NCBI GenBank assembly: GCA_965645245.1
Contig: OZ287067.1
Span: 2,666,001-2,730,000, forward strand
DNA: 64,000 bases
Direction: 5' to 3'
Source: Massalongia carnosa
Lineage: Eukaryota
Shown here in pieces: positions 21,541 to 34,004 of this stretch. Position 1 is the stretch's first letter, and each line of letters starts with the position of its first letter. Under the pieces are notes generated by a model that made no database searches, was not told the origin of the DNA, and saw only the letters and a list, made by a program, of their open reading frames with translations. The translations under genes were made by a program, and so were the position numbers.

Positions 21541-24505
21541 AACCGATCGTAGGGTTGATGAGGAAAAGGGGGACAACAATATGGCTATGATTAACATTTC
21601 AAAAAGTCTAGAAATTAATTACCTTCTTGGCATCAAGCGTACTTCCTCGGCGTACATATATGATAGAATATTAGATACCAACCTCTCCTCTTGGCCAGCG
21701 AAAAAGAAGACGAGAAAGAAACGGAGAAGTCAAGTGAATGAGAGCAATCGGTGGCGCGAGCTGCTTTGTACCGAGTGTTTTACTCGTCGTCTAGTCTTCG
21801 TTGCTGGATTAATAGGAAGTATTAGAAAGAGACAGAAGGGGTAACAGATAAAGAGGGGAGAGAAAAGGATAAAGATGCCGTACTTTTGTCTTTTTCTTCA
21901 CAAAAGCTCCGTTTCACGAGTCTTGGCTTGTTCGTTTTGTTCCCTCAATCAGAAAATCCCCACCTCTTCTAGGCCCTGATATTCGACTCTTCCAACCCTT
22001 TTCTCGACAGTTCCCCGACATCTCATTATTATATGTTGTCTCTCTTCCCTCTTCCCAGTGCCGCTCCCCCTTCTCTCTAAGTTCTACCACGTCTCTCTTC
22101 GACTTCATATTGTCTTCCTTCCCTGTCACCCCATTTTCCCATTTTCCCATTCCCTTCCCACCCCTGGAAAAGTAACACGAAACACTTACACCCCCTCCTA
22201 GACCTATAGAAAGTCTACGTTGACTATGATGCCGGTGCCATCAATCGCGAGGAGCTAGCGCCGGTTCAGGACCGAGCCGCTGCCCTGTGACGCAGCTCGT
22301 CGGGACGGGGGAGACATTGGTTACGGGTAGGGGGCTGAGGGCTAGCTTGTATGTCTTATAAATTCTCACTGTATACTTGATGGATTTTAGGAAGGCTTGG
22401 AGTTACTATATGGACTGATAAAGAAAGGAAACCATGCTTGATGGTGGTGACAAGGAGACATGAAAAAGGGAGGATCTTGAAGAAATGTCAAAGACTGGAA
22501 ATCGCTGATAGGTGTATGGTTTAGGTTCATGACGTATCCCATTACGAATTAATTCTTCTGTCAAGGAGGTTAGTTCAATGGCCAAAAACTGACGTGGGGC
22601 TCTCTTACCAACAGCACACTTGGTGGACCCGATCTTCCCCCTAACCTGGTTGTAAAGAAAAAACAGTATGTAGCCTAGGCTATTGACTCTGTTTTCACCC
22701 CTACTTAACTATCATCATATCCATAACCGTGATGAGGGCTATGTTCGATGATGGCCATCATCATCAAATCCTCGCCCCGTTCGGGTACCCTGAAATATCA
22801 ACCATATGCGTACGAGAATTCCAAAAAAGTCGCTTCCCTTATGCCAAGAGGCCATGCATCGCATGAAAAAAAATCTATGATCGCGCAGGGCATGCTCTAT
22901 CTACTATTTTAACCCGCTGCAGGAGGGAGGCTTGGAAAGGTACTTCGGAGAAGAATTCGCTAAGGATATGGTGATTGGGGTAAGAGTACGGAATACCTAT
23001 TCCATTCTGTATCAAAGGCATGAATATAGATTCGTGTCTTAGTTTGCCGATCATGACTTTGAGCGTGGTGGGATATTTAGTGGGAGAAGAAGGATATCCG
23101 GGGATGTTTTGAGCATCAAGTGATTTCACCGAAGGCCATTCATTCAGCTTCTTCTCCCAATACCCCTAAACCCCTCCCCTAGTACCCCTGGACAGGAGCT
23201 TAATCTCCCACAGCCCTTTGTCGATTTTAACACCAAGTACGTACTTGACCAACAACCGGTCCCTTCCCCTCCATCTTTCCCACAACGCGTCAACCCCTCT
23301 CAACCTTCCACCAGGGTCTTCGACTGCTTCAATATACCCTCGGAGCGCGAGTATATCGGGCATCCAGTAAATCCGCCTTCGTCTGCGTCGTCAACCCGCT
23401 CGATTCGCGCGTGACGAGAACCTCCCCCCTTCGGAAAGTAGGTCTGCGCCTGATCTGCTTGAGGCGCGGAACTTTCACTAAGCTTCGGATCAGCTGGGGC
23501 GAAGCCGCATGTCGCGCTGGAAGTGGTGATAAGGAAGACCCGGAGCCGGGACGAGGTGGAGCGCGGATGGCGAGTGGGAGGTTGGGGGATTCGATGGGGG
23601 ATTGCTGGGTTGTGAAATTAAAATGAAATATGGAAAATCATAAACGATTGCTTTGCTCAGTCGACTCTCTCTCTTTGTTTGTGCCCGATACCCTTCATGT
23701 TGCGGGGAACCATCCAACAACTTCCTCAATAATTTTAAAAAAGTTAGTAGGGGGAAGAAAAGAACGGAACTCGCTACTCGAATACGCAAAGACATATCGT
23801 TTCGATTCTATTAACATTCCCCGATTCTAATGGGGCGATAACTATCCCTTCGTCTCCTTTCCGTTTCTCTCTCCCTCCCCCTTCCCCCTTTTGGTCCACG
23901 TAGCCTCATCCAATCAAGTAAGGGGTAAGTAACTAAATAAATAAATAAACCTTGGCCAGTAAAATAGAATAGAGTAAAGCTAACTACTAACTTACTGTAG
24001 CAAAAGTGATTCCCCCCCAAAAACAGAGTATATATCTAGGGACGGGGACAAAGCAAGAGCTGGGTGGATGGATAGATGGTTGCTTGATGATAGTAAGCTG
24101 GAAGACAATTTCCAAAAGGAGGGAGGGAAAGGGGAAAGAGGCGGCTGGGATTATATTCTAATTGATTTGTTTAGTTTCGCCGTGGGAAGGGGGAAAGGCT
24201 TGAGGGAAGAGACAAGAAGGAGGGTGACTTATATAGGTAGGTCGGTCAGTCAGTCGATCGGTCGTGGAGGTATGTAGGTAGGTAGCGGAATGCTCTGGAG
24301 AAAGGAACGCCTGCTGGGAACACAAAACCGCCTAACCTAAAAGGAAGAACAGAAACACATATAACGGAAATGATTCCGTGAGTGGTAGGTACGCCATGTT
24401 CCCGCCTGCCTGCGCCAGAGAAACGAATAATAATATTCAAAGAGCGTCGAGACCACCATCCCTTCCGCAGCTGCGAACACTCCACCAAGGGCTCCAATCG
24501 CCCCT

Positions 24506-26992
24506 TCATCTCTCCACGTATCGGTACCGATAAGCCTGCTTCTTCTCGCTCCCTTCACCCTCTTCTTTCCCTTGCTCTCCCATCTCTTCCTTGCCCCAAG
24601 CCCACAGCAGCGCCTTCCCCATCTTCTCCCTCTCCCAGAACAACACCTTCACTCGGCCCCTCCATTCCTTCTCTCGTTTCTCGACCGCGGCAGCAAACCG
24701 AGCCTCCAGCTCGCGATTCACCTCTTGATTCGCTGCGCGTATCTCCACCGCCTCAGCACGGGAGGCCGCAAGTGCGTCTTCGGATTCGGTCAGTGCGAGA
24801 CGCGTAGCTTGCAGCGCGGCGGTGGCGGCGCTAAGCTTGGACGAAATGGCTCGGATCGCAGTTCGCAGTTCGGTCGTTGTGGCTGTGTTTGGTGAGACGG
24901 CAGTTTGCTCTGTAGGTTTCGCCAGTTTGGTTGCAGCGGCCGCGGATTTTTCGAGAGAGGCAATTTTCTGTCGTAGAGAAGCAACTTCTTCGCGATGGGA
25001 CTTCTCGATGCGATGTTCGCGTTTGCGCATGCCTTCGCCAGCGCGAACGAGTGTGGATTTTAAGCTCTTGAGTTCCTTCTCATGTGCGGTTCTCAAAGCA
25101 TTTATGCTGGATTGGTGTTCTTGCTTTTGAAGTTTCAACTCGAGTTGATGAGCTTCAGCTTCGGTGTCACCCGCATGCTTCTCTGCTTGCTGGTGGGTTC
25201 TTTCATCGTTCAGCCTCTCAACGGTGGATACTGCCGCTTCAAGCGCGGTGGTTTTACTACTGAGGAGCGCTGCCATATCGGCGTTTTCTTGGCGTTGCCG
25301 TTCGTTTCTTTCGGTGAATCGATCGTTCTCTTGCTCTACTGTCTCAACTATTAGGCGAGTCTCTCGGAGTTGCTTATGTGCATGGTCAAGCTCCATCTTC
25401 AGTATATCCAAGCTACTCTCTAGATCACGATTTGCTTCAACTTTGTTGATAAGTTGGGTGATTTCCAGCATATGGTCCACTTCACGGTTCTTGGAGGTTT
25501 GCTGGTGACTTGAGAGCTTATGCTCGTGAGCTAGAAGCTCGGATCTTAGACTGCTAATCTCTGCCTGTTTTATATCCTGGGTAGCAGTTAAATCCTGTCG
25601 CTGCTTCACAACCTCGGCCTGAAACTCGAGACACTGGGCGTTGAAAGCTTCTTGTTGGCTTGAAACCCTGCGCTTGCATGCTTGAATCTCCGAACTCAGC
25701 TCCTTGATCTCATCTTGCAAAGCCTTGGATTGGGTCCGTTCCTTTGCAAGATCCATTTGTGATGTTGCAAACTTTGCCTCTAGTGTCACAATCTTATCGT
25801 TTGCAACCTTTTTCTCTGCGGCCGCTGTCGACCTGGCAACCCCAAGCTCTTGCATCATGGGCTCAAACTTTGCCCGTAGGGACCCAAACTTAGAACCAGC
25901 ATCTTCGCGGGACTTTCGCTCTAGAACCATTGCCTTTTCATTCGCTTTTGCTTCCCCTTGTGACTTGACGGCCTCTTCCTTCACAGTTTGTAGCTCGTCC
26001 CTCAATCGTCCAATTTCTTCTTGATCGGCCACATGTGCCCGCTTGAGCATCTCGTTAATTTTTCGATTGTTTTCGTTTCCAACTCGTAGTTGTTCCACTT
26101 CTACCTGTAATGCTGCGATTTGGTCAAACACTTCCTCTGCAGCCCTATTCTGTTGCATCTCTGTGTTCATCCGCGATATTGGTGGTGGCCGAAGGCCTCC
26201 GTGATTACCCGTAGCTTTCAGATCCGAACCAACCACTTTGTGATATTTCTGTAGTGCCGGTGTAGAGGTACCCAACGGTTCGAATACGCTTTCCTCACAG
26301 ACTTCTTCCACGATATTGTTGTCGACCTCGTCATTTAGTTCCTCACTCTGATCATATGGCTGCGCGTTCATATCTCCCACTTCTTCCGGGTCCTCATCTA
26401 CGTCCTTTTCGTTCTGGTCCTCAGGCTGCACGCTCGCATTCCCTAATTCTTCCTGATCCTCGTCCACATTGGGTTCGTTCTGATCTTCAGCCTGTCCACT
26501 TGTATCCTCTAATTCCTTCCGGTCCTCATCTTTGCCAGGCTCCTCTCCCCTTCTCTGGTCCAACTCTTCCTGCATATTTCCACCCTCCTCCTTCCGCCAC
26601 TTCTCAGAACCCCTCATCCACTTCTCCAAATTCAGCGTGAAATCCTCTGGTCCATCGTCCTCGCTGTCTATGCCTTCGGTCTCCTCGCTCTCTGGCATCG
26701 TCAATCCGCTTTCCTTTTCCCCAAGTTTTGCGAGATCAATCGAATAGTCGGCCATAGTGAAGTTACTTGGGGTTGCGGATGACGATCGGGATGAGGCTGT
26801 AGAACGCGTTCGTCGCCGTTCATGTGCAGCCGCGACGCGTTTATTCATGTTGCTCGATATGCGGGAATTGATTGCGGAAGCTGAGGTGGGGCGTTGAAAT
26901 GTGGATGGAAGGGTGGTGGAACTGAAAGCCGGTGTGAAGGGGGACGAGGCTGGCATTTTAGGCTGAGGAGATGGTGATGGTGGGGAATTCAT
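24506..26992 (-). CDS. Large coiled-coil protein (conserved fungal hypothetical; spindle-pole-body association possible but unproven)
   Basis: Intronless 828-aa ORF. N-terminal DDGPEDFTLNLEKWMRG block, three imperfect ~22-aa acidic repeats, long heptad region, and C-terminal REKEWRGRVKVLFWEREKMGKALLWAWG..YRYRY. Confidence 0.8.
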   Translation of the reverse strand: MNSPPSPSPQPKMPASSPFTPAFSSTTLPSTFQRPTSASAINSRISSNMNKRVAAAHERRRTRSTASSRSSSATPSNFTMADYSIDLAKLGEKESGLTMPESEETEGIDSEDDGPEDFTLNLEKWMRGSEKWRKEEGGNMQEELDQRRGEEPGKDEDRKELEDTSGQAEDQNEPNVDEDQEELGNASVQPEDQNEKDVDEDPEEVGDMNAQPYDQSEELNDEVDNNIVEEVCEESVFEPLGTSTPALQKYHKVVGSDLKATGNHGGLRPPPISRMNTEMQQNRAAEEVFDQIAALQVEVEQLRVGNENNRKINEMLKRAHVADQEEIGRLRDELQTVKEEAVKSQGEAKANEKAMVLERKSREDAGSKFGSLRAKFEPMMQELGVARSTAAAEKKVANDKIVTLEAKFATSQMDLAKERTQSKALQDEIKELSSEIQACKRRVSSQQEAFNAQCLEFQAEVVKQRQDLTATQDIKQAEISSLRSELLAHEHKLSSHQQTSKNREVDHMLEITQLINKVEANRDLESSLDILKMELDHAHKQLRETRLIVETVEQENDRFTERNERQRQENADMAALLSSKTTALEAAVSTVERLNDERTHQQAEKHAGDTEAEAHQLELKLQKQEHQSSINALRTAHEKELKSLKSTLVRAGEGMRKREHRIEKSHREEVASLRQKIASLEKSAAAATKLAKPTEQTAVSPNTATTTELRTAIRAISSKLSAATAALQATRLALTESEDALAASRAEAVEIRAANQEVNRELEARFAAAVEKREKEWRGRVKVLFWEREKMGKALLWAWGKEEMGEQGKEEGEGSEKKQAYRYRYVER

Positions 26993-27198
26993 CCTCGCTA
27001 TCCTATCAGATCTTGAAACAATCGAAAAGAGTGCTGTTATATGCTAATGCTTTATTTTTATCGAAGCTTTTCAACAAGATCTTCTATTTTGAAAGTGGTG
27101 TTAATCTACCTCTTTCTGACATTCGATTGTGATGGAAAGTGTAGAATAAAACGATGCGTTTTACTTTGTTTACAAGTGAGATTCTATGCGAAACCTAT

Positions 27199-29321
27199 CC
27201 CTTCGTCTGGCAATTTGGCAGCCACCTTAAATAGGCTTAGTGAGATACCGTAGGGCTGAGTCGCGAACTTCAAAACATTCTCCCCTTTTTTTGTAAATAA
27301 GAAGGTAAACATCAGTTGAAAATCATTAAAACATCTACAATTTCTTTAGAATAATCATGAGAGGCATTGAGATAGAAGTTCCTGACCAATCAGACGCTTT
27401 GCCCCCTCAATTCTGAAAGAACAGGCCAAAAAGAATAAACCCAGCGTACAAAGCATAATTGACTCCATGCCCCCTCCGTCATCAAATTATTGTCCAATTT
27501 CGATCCCATTTCGAAAACCACAGCCGGACGAGACGTTGCGCTTGATAAATCAGACTCCTTTCAGTTTATTCTGCCTCTTCTTTAGCTTTGAAATGCTTGA
27601 AATCATAGCTAAAAACACCAATCTTAAAGCGAAAAAGAAGTATGCCCTAAACGACATCAAGAGACGTCAATGGCATGACACCTCTTCTTCTGAAGTAGGA
27701 GATTTTCTGGGAATTCTGTTATATATGGGGTATACACTGATGCCACGTCTTACTGACTATTGGAACACGTCTCCTAAATTTGCCATACATGACATGGTGA
27801 TTCAAGCCATGAGTCTTCGAAGATGGGAGCAACTCAAGCGATTTTTGAAGATATCCAACCCCGACGAAGATGAGATCATTGATACTCGAGGCCCTGATTG
27901 GTGGAAAAAGCTGGAACCATTGGCCACAGACTTTCGAAAAGCATCAAAGAAATACTGGATTCCTGGAAGTCATGTGTCAGTTGACGAGCAATTGATTTTA
28001 TTCAGGGGTAGGAGCTGCCATACTATGCAAATAGCCACCAAGGCGGCTGGTGTAGGCTTCAAAATCTATAGTTTATGTCAGGAAAATTATCTTTTTGACT
28101 TCTTATTTACCTCCAAGGTGAGTAGAAAAGGCCTCAATTTGCATCGTACTAATTGCAAGACAGGTGTCCAGAATTAGTGAGTTAAAAACGCCTGGACAAT
28201 TGAAATTTCCGACAACCAAATGGGATTTGTCTCCTTCCTCCCTAGTCGTCATTCAACTGGCTCGAAGTTTACCGTCTGATGAAGGCTTGAAATACGTCAT
28301 CTTTCTGGACAACTTCTTCACAAATACGAAGCTATTCAAAGCTCTGAAAAGCATTGGAATTGGTGCCTGTGGGACGGCTAAATCAGGATGCGGTTTTCCT
28401 GTTGATCTTCTACGTCTGAGGGTTGCAGCCACCAAGAATAAGGACTGGGGAAAGAAGGCATTGATGACGGTACCTGCAAATAAAAGTAAAAAATCAAACA
28501 TTGATGACGGGGACATTCTGTGTATGGCATGGGTGGATTTAAACACCGTGCAATTCATGACCACGGTTCATACAATTGAGGATTTGAAGACTTCTTTCTA
28601 CAAGAATTCCCGTCGACGTCATGGAATTCCTGCAAATTCCAGAGTCATCGTTGATGATGAAGAAGAAAAGCTTCCATTTCCCATGCCCATCGTGGAATAT
28701 AACCAGCACATTGGCGGGTCAGATGGGAATGCTCAGCAAAGAGCATATTATTCACCTCAAAGATCTGATCGTCGCTACTGGTGGTCAATTTTCATCTTTC
28801 TTCTGGATGCAGCCGTTCTAAATGCCTTCAAATTGTGGAGAATTCTGTATCCGAATTCAACACTCAGCCATTTGGACTTTCAAAAAGAAATAGTAATTGC
28901 CCTACTATCCAATCAAGCCGGTGCCCTACGGAAACGTCCGACAGATGTCATAGTTACTACTAATCAAGACGTTAATAAAGACGTCGAGTCAACTTGCAAA
29001 TGGGAGCATTTGAATAAGAAGGACTATTGTTTGGCCTGCAAAAGGCAAGTGCCAAGACTCAAACGACGCCGACCACTTGCGGAAATTGATGAAAATTGCA
29101 CCAAAAGACGGCGTGCAAGTCAGACCAGATGGCAATGTAAGAGCTGTGGACCATGTTGCAAAAAGGAGGCATGTTGGGAAATTTTACATAGATCATGAGG
29201 GGTGATTGAGGTGTTGTACCCATTATCGTTGAAAAGGGAAAATCTGATTGGCCAGATTAAAGTTATTAGTCATTACCCGGAGACGGCGCGTGTAAAATTG
29301 AATATTACGCCAGACGAAGGG
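27199..29321 (+). mobile_element. piggyBac-family DNA transposon, apparently complete
   Basis: Perfect 13-bp TIRs CCCTTCGTCTGGC (27199-27211 and 29309-29321). Flanks are CTAT and ATAA rather than TTAA. Confidence 0.9.
27467..29198 (+). CDS. piggyBac transposase (DDE_Tnp_1_7) with one 46-nt intron
   Basis: Catalytic DDD motifs VSVDEQL, FLDNFFT and YNQHIGGSD, plus a C-terminal Cys-rich domain. The GT-AG intron 28118-28163 (branch ACTAAT) joins the two ORFs in frame. Confidence 0.9.
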
Positions 29322-31091
29322 ATAATCCACAGTGCACCTTCATTTAGATGACGTCATATCTAATGGTTAAGGTAACCGTGTATTCTAACGTGACAAACTT
29401 GAGCTGCCCCGTATATTATTTGTTAGCCTGAATTTAAGGTACTACTCATAATAGACTTTATAATGTGAAAAGTAAAGACTTAATGGCACCCAAGCAAACT
29501 CTGTGTCTTATTGATGTTCCTTGCTGCCTCGAATAACTAGTTTCTACATTGTTCACGTTATCCCTAGTTGTCATGTTGTGTCATGGAAAAAGGGGCAATC
29601 GGGCTCATGATTGTTTCCGGAGCAGTAAAAGGGATATCCTACCATAATGCCAAGAGAGCGTGTCATAGAGACTTCTGAAAGCTGAGTCTTTCAAAGAAGC
29701 GCAGTTTCTATCTGAGTAAAATATACATTATTTCCTGGCTTTGGGCAGGAGGACCTTGCATTATTCTCTATCAAATGGTAATTCTAATTAGTGCTGCAGC
29801 AACCCAAGCGTAAGAGTGTAACTTTAGACCCAACTAGTAAGAATCAGTCGAATCTCAAACAAAAGTAGAGCCTTGTCGAAGTCTCTCAAAAACAAGCTCA
29901 CAGAACAGGGTAAAGGCCATATGCAAAGTAAAGTATTTCTGACTTTCTCGAAGTCTCCATTAGACGACAACAAATTGTCCATAAGAACGTAAGTAAGTAG
30001 CACATGATGCACCAAAAGGGGTTGCGAACGATCTCATAGCATCGGCAAGTATATTGTCAACAGCCTCATTATCACCTCTAATTTTCTCGTGGCATGGCGG
30101 CAGAGAATTGATAAAAAAGTATGCCACCGTCTGCAACGATGTTAGAAACCTTGTTATCTGGAAGCTGAAGGGGTGTGAAATTACATCGACCACTTCCTTT
30201 GGATATAGTGGTAGGTGGAACGCAACAGGAAGAGATTGGTTAGACAGCCCTGTCGGCCAACGACCTAAAAATATATTTCAAGGCTTCACTTCGGAAATTT
30301 CCATGGCTCCGATCAACAAGAACTGTATAAATAAAATAACAAGTAGCTGTAGAGGAATGGAAATTACTTTGTGGCAGGCTGCTCAAGACTAACGGATGCT
30401 TTAGTGATCCTTGAACCGATTGACCTGTAAGTAAGAGGATTTTACGAGTTAACTTCCTCGTATAAAAATGAAACCCGTGCTAAGTAGAATTCAACAAGCT
30501 TTCTATACCATTTTTAGATAGGTGTTTGCAAACCGCAAGGTCGTAATGTATATCACCGACGAAATCAGACGGGTCGGAAACATTACCATATATAAAGCTC
30601 GTGCAGCTGCAAACCCATTTAAAAAGTCAGTTGTATGATTTTTCAAGAGAATAGTACAGCTTTCAGCTTCCTCATTCTGTCAAAGAGTTACTCATTCTTG
30701 TTTGGAAACAAGAATTATTTAGCAGGTCCAATTTTATGTAAGTTAAGCAGATCAAGAGCCTTTTTGTCATTTAAAACCAATCCGGTAGAGAGATGATTCG
30801 GAAAAAATTCGGCTTCTTGAGAGTTTATTGGTTTTTAGTTCCTTAAGCTAACTTGAAAGAGGAAAAGGGAAAAGAATGAAGAGGGGCGAGATTGACTCCC
30901 TCATTTTTCATGTACTTGAAGCCTTACTCCTATTCGATATGACGGGGTGGGAAGAGCTTCTTATAGAGCCAGGTTTCGAAAGGGGTTTCAAAATCAGAGA
31001 AGGTAGGATGATCTCCGAGATATAAGGCTCGTCAGAGTGAGCCTTTGGTTGAACGATGAGACGCTCAATGAATCGTAGCAAAGGCATCAGT

Positions 31092-32513
31092 TTAATCCCG
31101 GCTCCGATTTGGAGTCCATCTCCGTAAAGAGAGTTCACGAACTCGGTATTTCTTGAGAAGGCGAGTGATATCAATATCCAATCCACCGTCTTTCGTGGTG
31201 GGATTTTCTAAGCTGAAAGTAGCAGCAGAAAAGTCCATAGGTGACGGCACCTCCACATAAACCAGTAGCAAGCTCTTACGAACCTGACTCTGAACACGAT
31301 TGATACAATGCAGCCACCACCAACTCTTACATTCCTTCTTTTGGGCGGCTTTAGCTCGCTCAGCAGTTGCATGCCAGTAGGGATGGCTATAAGCTGGCAG
31401 AACTACAACGGCGAATTCTGCATGCGCAAAAACGGGGCCACGGTTGTAAAGCAGATAGTCGACTGCGAATTTGATGCCAGAACGTACTACCCAGCCCAAG
31501 GAGCGGAAATGATGGTATACGACATAGGAGAGGATAAATGGATCGTCCGGGTGTAAATCTGATGGAGATTTTGGGGGAAAGTACGAATTTTGTCGGAAGA
31601 GAGAAAATAGAGATGAGGTGGGAATATTGGTTAAAGTATTAAAAGCGCTGATCTGAAGTACACCGAGCCCATACACCAGGAAGAAGGCTTCCTCGGGGGC
31701 CAACTGAAGGTGTTCTTGGTTTACTATGTCGTCATTTGCGGGAACATCCGACAACTTATCTAGGCTTAACGATTCCTTGAATGGCTGAGATAGAATTACC
31801 GGATTTGCCTGATCCAGTCTCAGAGGAGAATGTCGGCTAATGTTAACCAGTTCTTCCGGGTAGGGTTCTAACACCGAAGGCAAGGAATCATTTGGTGATG
31901 CGTTCTTGCAGTAAGATTCCAGGTTTATATCGTAACCTTCATCTAATTTAGCATATACCATGCGTCTCGCTGGGAGTTTGCCTTCTGCTCGCAGTTTTTC
32001 CTCGATCGCTTCCCGTTCCTTCCGAGCCCTATCCTTCTTGAATTCTTTTCTCTCCCCTCGTCTTCGTTTCGTAACATCTTCGCTTGTTTCGTTGGCATCA
32101 ACACCCCTCCGTCGTCTTTCTCGGTCTAGCCAACTAGGTTCGCTCCTACTCAGGCTACCTTTACCAAAAAACCCCCGCTCCCAAAGCACACGAACTGTCT
32201 GTTCATCGGTGACGTGAATAGACCTTGTTTCGGCCGAGAGATAGCCTTGGTATAAGGCTTGCGGATGTGAAGGAGAATGAGCTAAGAGCTGGAAGAGATA
32301 GACCAAGGCTATATGGATAACAGAAAATGGGTTGTGGGGAATCAGCGGTGGAAGCGGACTTGTCTTGATCGGCAGCGGTAAGGCATGAATTTGTTTATAA
32401 TTTGGTCTTTGAGGCTTGTGACTTTGTGCTACCCCATCTTTCTTGGTTGACAGTTGATTACTACCGGGGATGTTGGAAGGCTTGAGCCCAAACAGCCTGG
32501 AGTGAGTATTCAT
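31092..32513 (-). CDS. SEN2: tRNA-splicing endonuclease subunit Sen2
   Basis: LWERGFFGKGSLSRSEPSW, NQEHLQLAPEEAFFL and YHHFRSLGWVVRSGIKFAVDYLLYNRGPVFAHAEF. Confidence 0.95.
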   Translation of the reverse strand: MNTHSRLFGLKPSNIPGSNQLSTKKDGVAQSHKPQRPNYKQIHALPLPIKTSPLPPLIPHNPFSVIHIALVYLFQLLAHSPSHPQALYQGYLSAETRSIHVTDEQTVRVLWERGFFGKGSLSRSEPSWLDRERRRRGVDANETSEDVTKRRRGERKEFKKDRARKEREAIEEKLRAEGKLPARRMVYAKLDEGYDINLESYCKNASPNDSLPSVLEPYPEELVNISRHSPLRLDQANPVILSQPFKESLSLDKLSDVPANDDIVNQEHLQLAPEEAFFLVYGLGVLQISAFNTLTNIPTSSLFSLFRQNSYFPPKSPSDLHPDDPFILSYVVYHHFRSLGWVVRSGIKFAVDYLLYNRGPVFAHAEFAVVVLPAYSHPYWHATAERAKAAQKKECKSWWWLHCINRVQSQVRKSLLLVYVEVPSPMDFSAATFSLENPTTKDGGLDIDITRLLKKYRVRELSLRRWTPNRSRD

Positions 32514-32882
32514 CAGCCCGACGCATCAGCAAGTGATACATTGCATATATTCAAACACGTATACCACAGCAAGTGTGCTCAGATACCGTTGTAGTCTTCT
32601 CAGAGAGAGAATGAGCCCACAAAGAAGCATGCCATAAAGTCAGAGGCATGCTTCTAGGTCGCGTTGTGGTGTCATCATCGCAAGCAGTATGAAGAAAATA
32701 CCCATGCTAAAGAACAGATCAAGACACACTTACATACTGAGACCCAGAGAGGCTTTGTAATACTGCTTTTTTGCAGGAAACTGAAGTTCAGGCTTTCAAG
32801 AAGAAAAGCAATGGGAAAACTTCATTTTAAAAGATCTCGGCTAAGTAAGACTTGGTTGAAAACCTAACTTAGTTCTGGCAGA

Positions 32883-32901
32883 AAACCCTAAATCGACCCT
32901 A
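32883..32901 (+). promoter_or_regulatory. Telo-box/Tbf1-like motifs (AAACCCTAA, GACCCTA) in the SEN2-NOP10 divergent promoter
   Basis: Sequence match only; located about 170 bp upstream of the NOP10 ATG. Confidence 0.35.
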
Positions 32902-33067
32902 CAACCCAAAATATCTTCTTTAGTGCATCTTCAACTCCTACCATTCGTCAAGGCGTGAAGCAGTCAATTGGAACTTTCGGAATCTTAAAACATACGGAGC
33001 CTAACGCCTCGTGAAGGTAAATGCGCTATTATACTTCAAGAGCACAGCTGACGCCTCTTGGATCCAG

Positions 33068-33399
33068 ATGCATCTTATGTTCACTCTCGATTCTGCGGGG
33101 AAACGCGTGTATACCCTGAAAAAGGTTGCCGGTTCCAAGGTGACTCTGTCTGCCCATCCAGCAAGATTCTCTCCTGACGACAAGTACTCGCGGTAATGGT
33201 CTTCAAATCTAATGGGAATGATTTGGGCATGAATTTTCAGGGAAGAGTATGCTAACGCAGTCGGGAGTTGATAGACATAGGGTTACACTGAAAAAACGCT
33301 ATAGATTATTGATGACGCAGCAGCGTAGGTGGTCTTTGCCCATGATGCTTGAATTGGGTTGACTTTGGGATAGAGAACGAGAGGGTTCTGGGTCAATAG
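33068..33399 (+). CDS. NOP10: H/ACA snoRNP subunit Nop10, 3 coding exons plus a 5'UTR intron ending at the ATG
   Basis: [47 protein letters not shown] introns. Confidence 0.93.
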
Positions 33400-34004
33400 C
33401 TGTTGAAAGGTGTAATCATCTGGTTCCTGGGCGTAGGAACAATACTTCAATAGGTGGGTAATGACTACTGGCTAGTTCTGAGAGGTGTTAGAGCAACCAT
33501 TGTTTTATTGAAGTAAGAGCAATATATTCCCTTGACGCCACAACATTCAAAAAGACCCTTAGGTGGAGCTATGATTCATATGTTCAAGGGCGAAGAATCA
33601 AATCGCAAGGATGTCATTGATCTAGTCGCCTCTAGGATTCGGTAAAGTTAATCATCAAATAGTAATCGGCCGAAAAGCTCTAGTGGCACTGCTAGGAAAT
33701 TGTCCCCAACCTTTGAATTACCCAGAATAGTACGGAGTAGATGGCCTAGGTAACTCTTGAGTACTTGTGGTGGTATTAGAAGCACCTTCTGCATATTATG
33801 CGACTAGAGGGGCTTCATAGTCGGTTAGATACATGCGAAAATTGGCATATTCCTTTTTCTAATTCTCGGACTTTTCGGTACATCTTTCACTGGCCTTTTA
33901 TCAACATCTCCCTGTTGCATGAGCAATTGAAAGTGTTCTGTCGAAAAGGTGGTTACGACCTTGTCAACACAACACTGAAAGGATTCGGGAAACATCTACT
34001 TTGA

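Noticed and set aside
29700..30500. Short minus-strand protein-like ORFs
   Set aside because: Fragmentary, with no family recognisable; a call cannot be supported.
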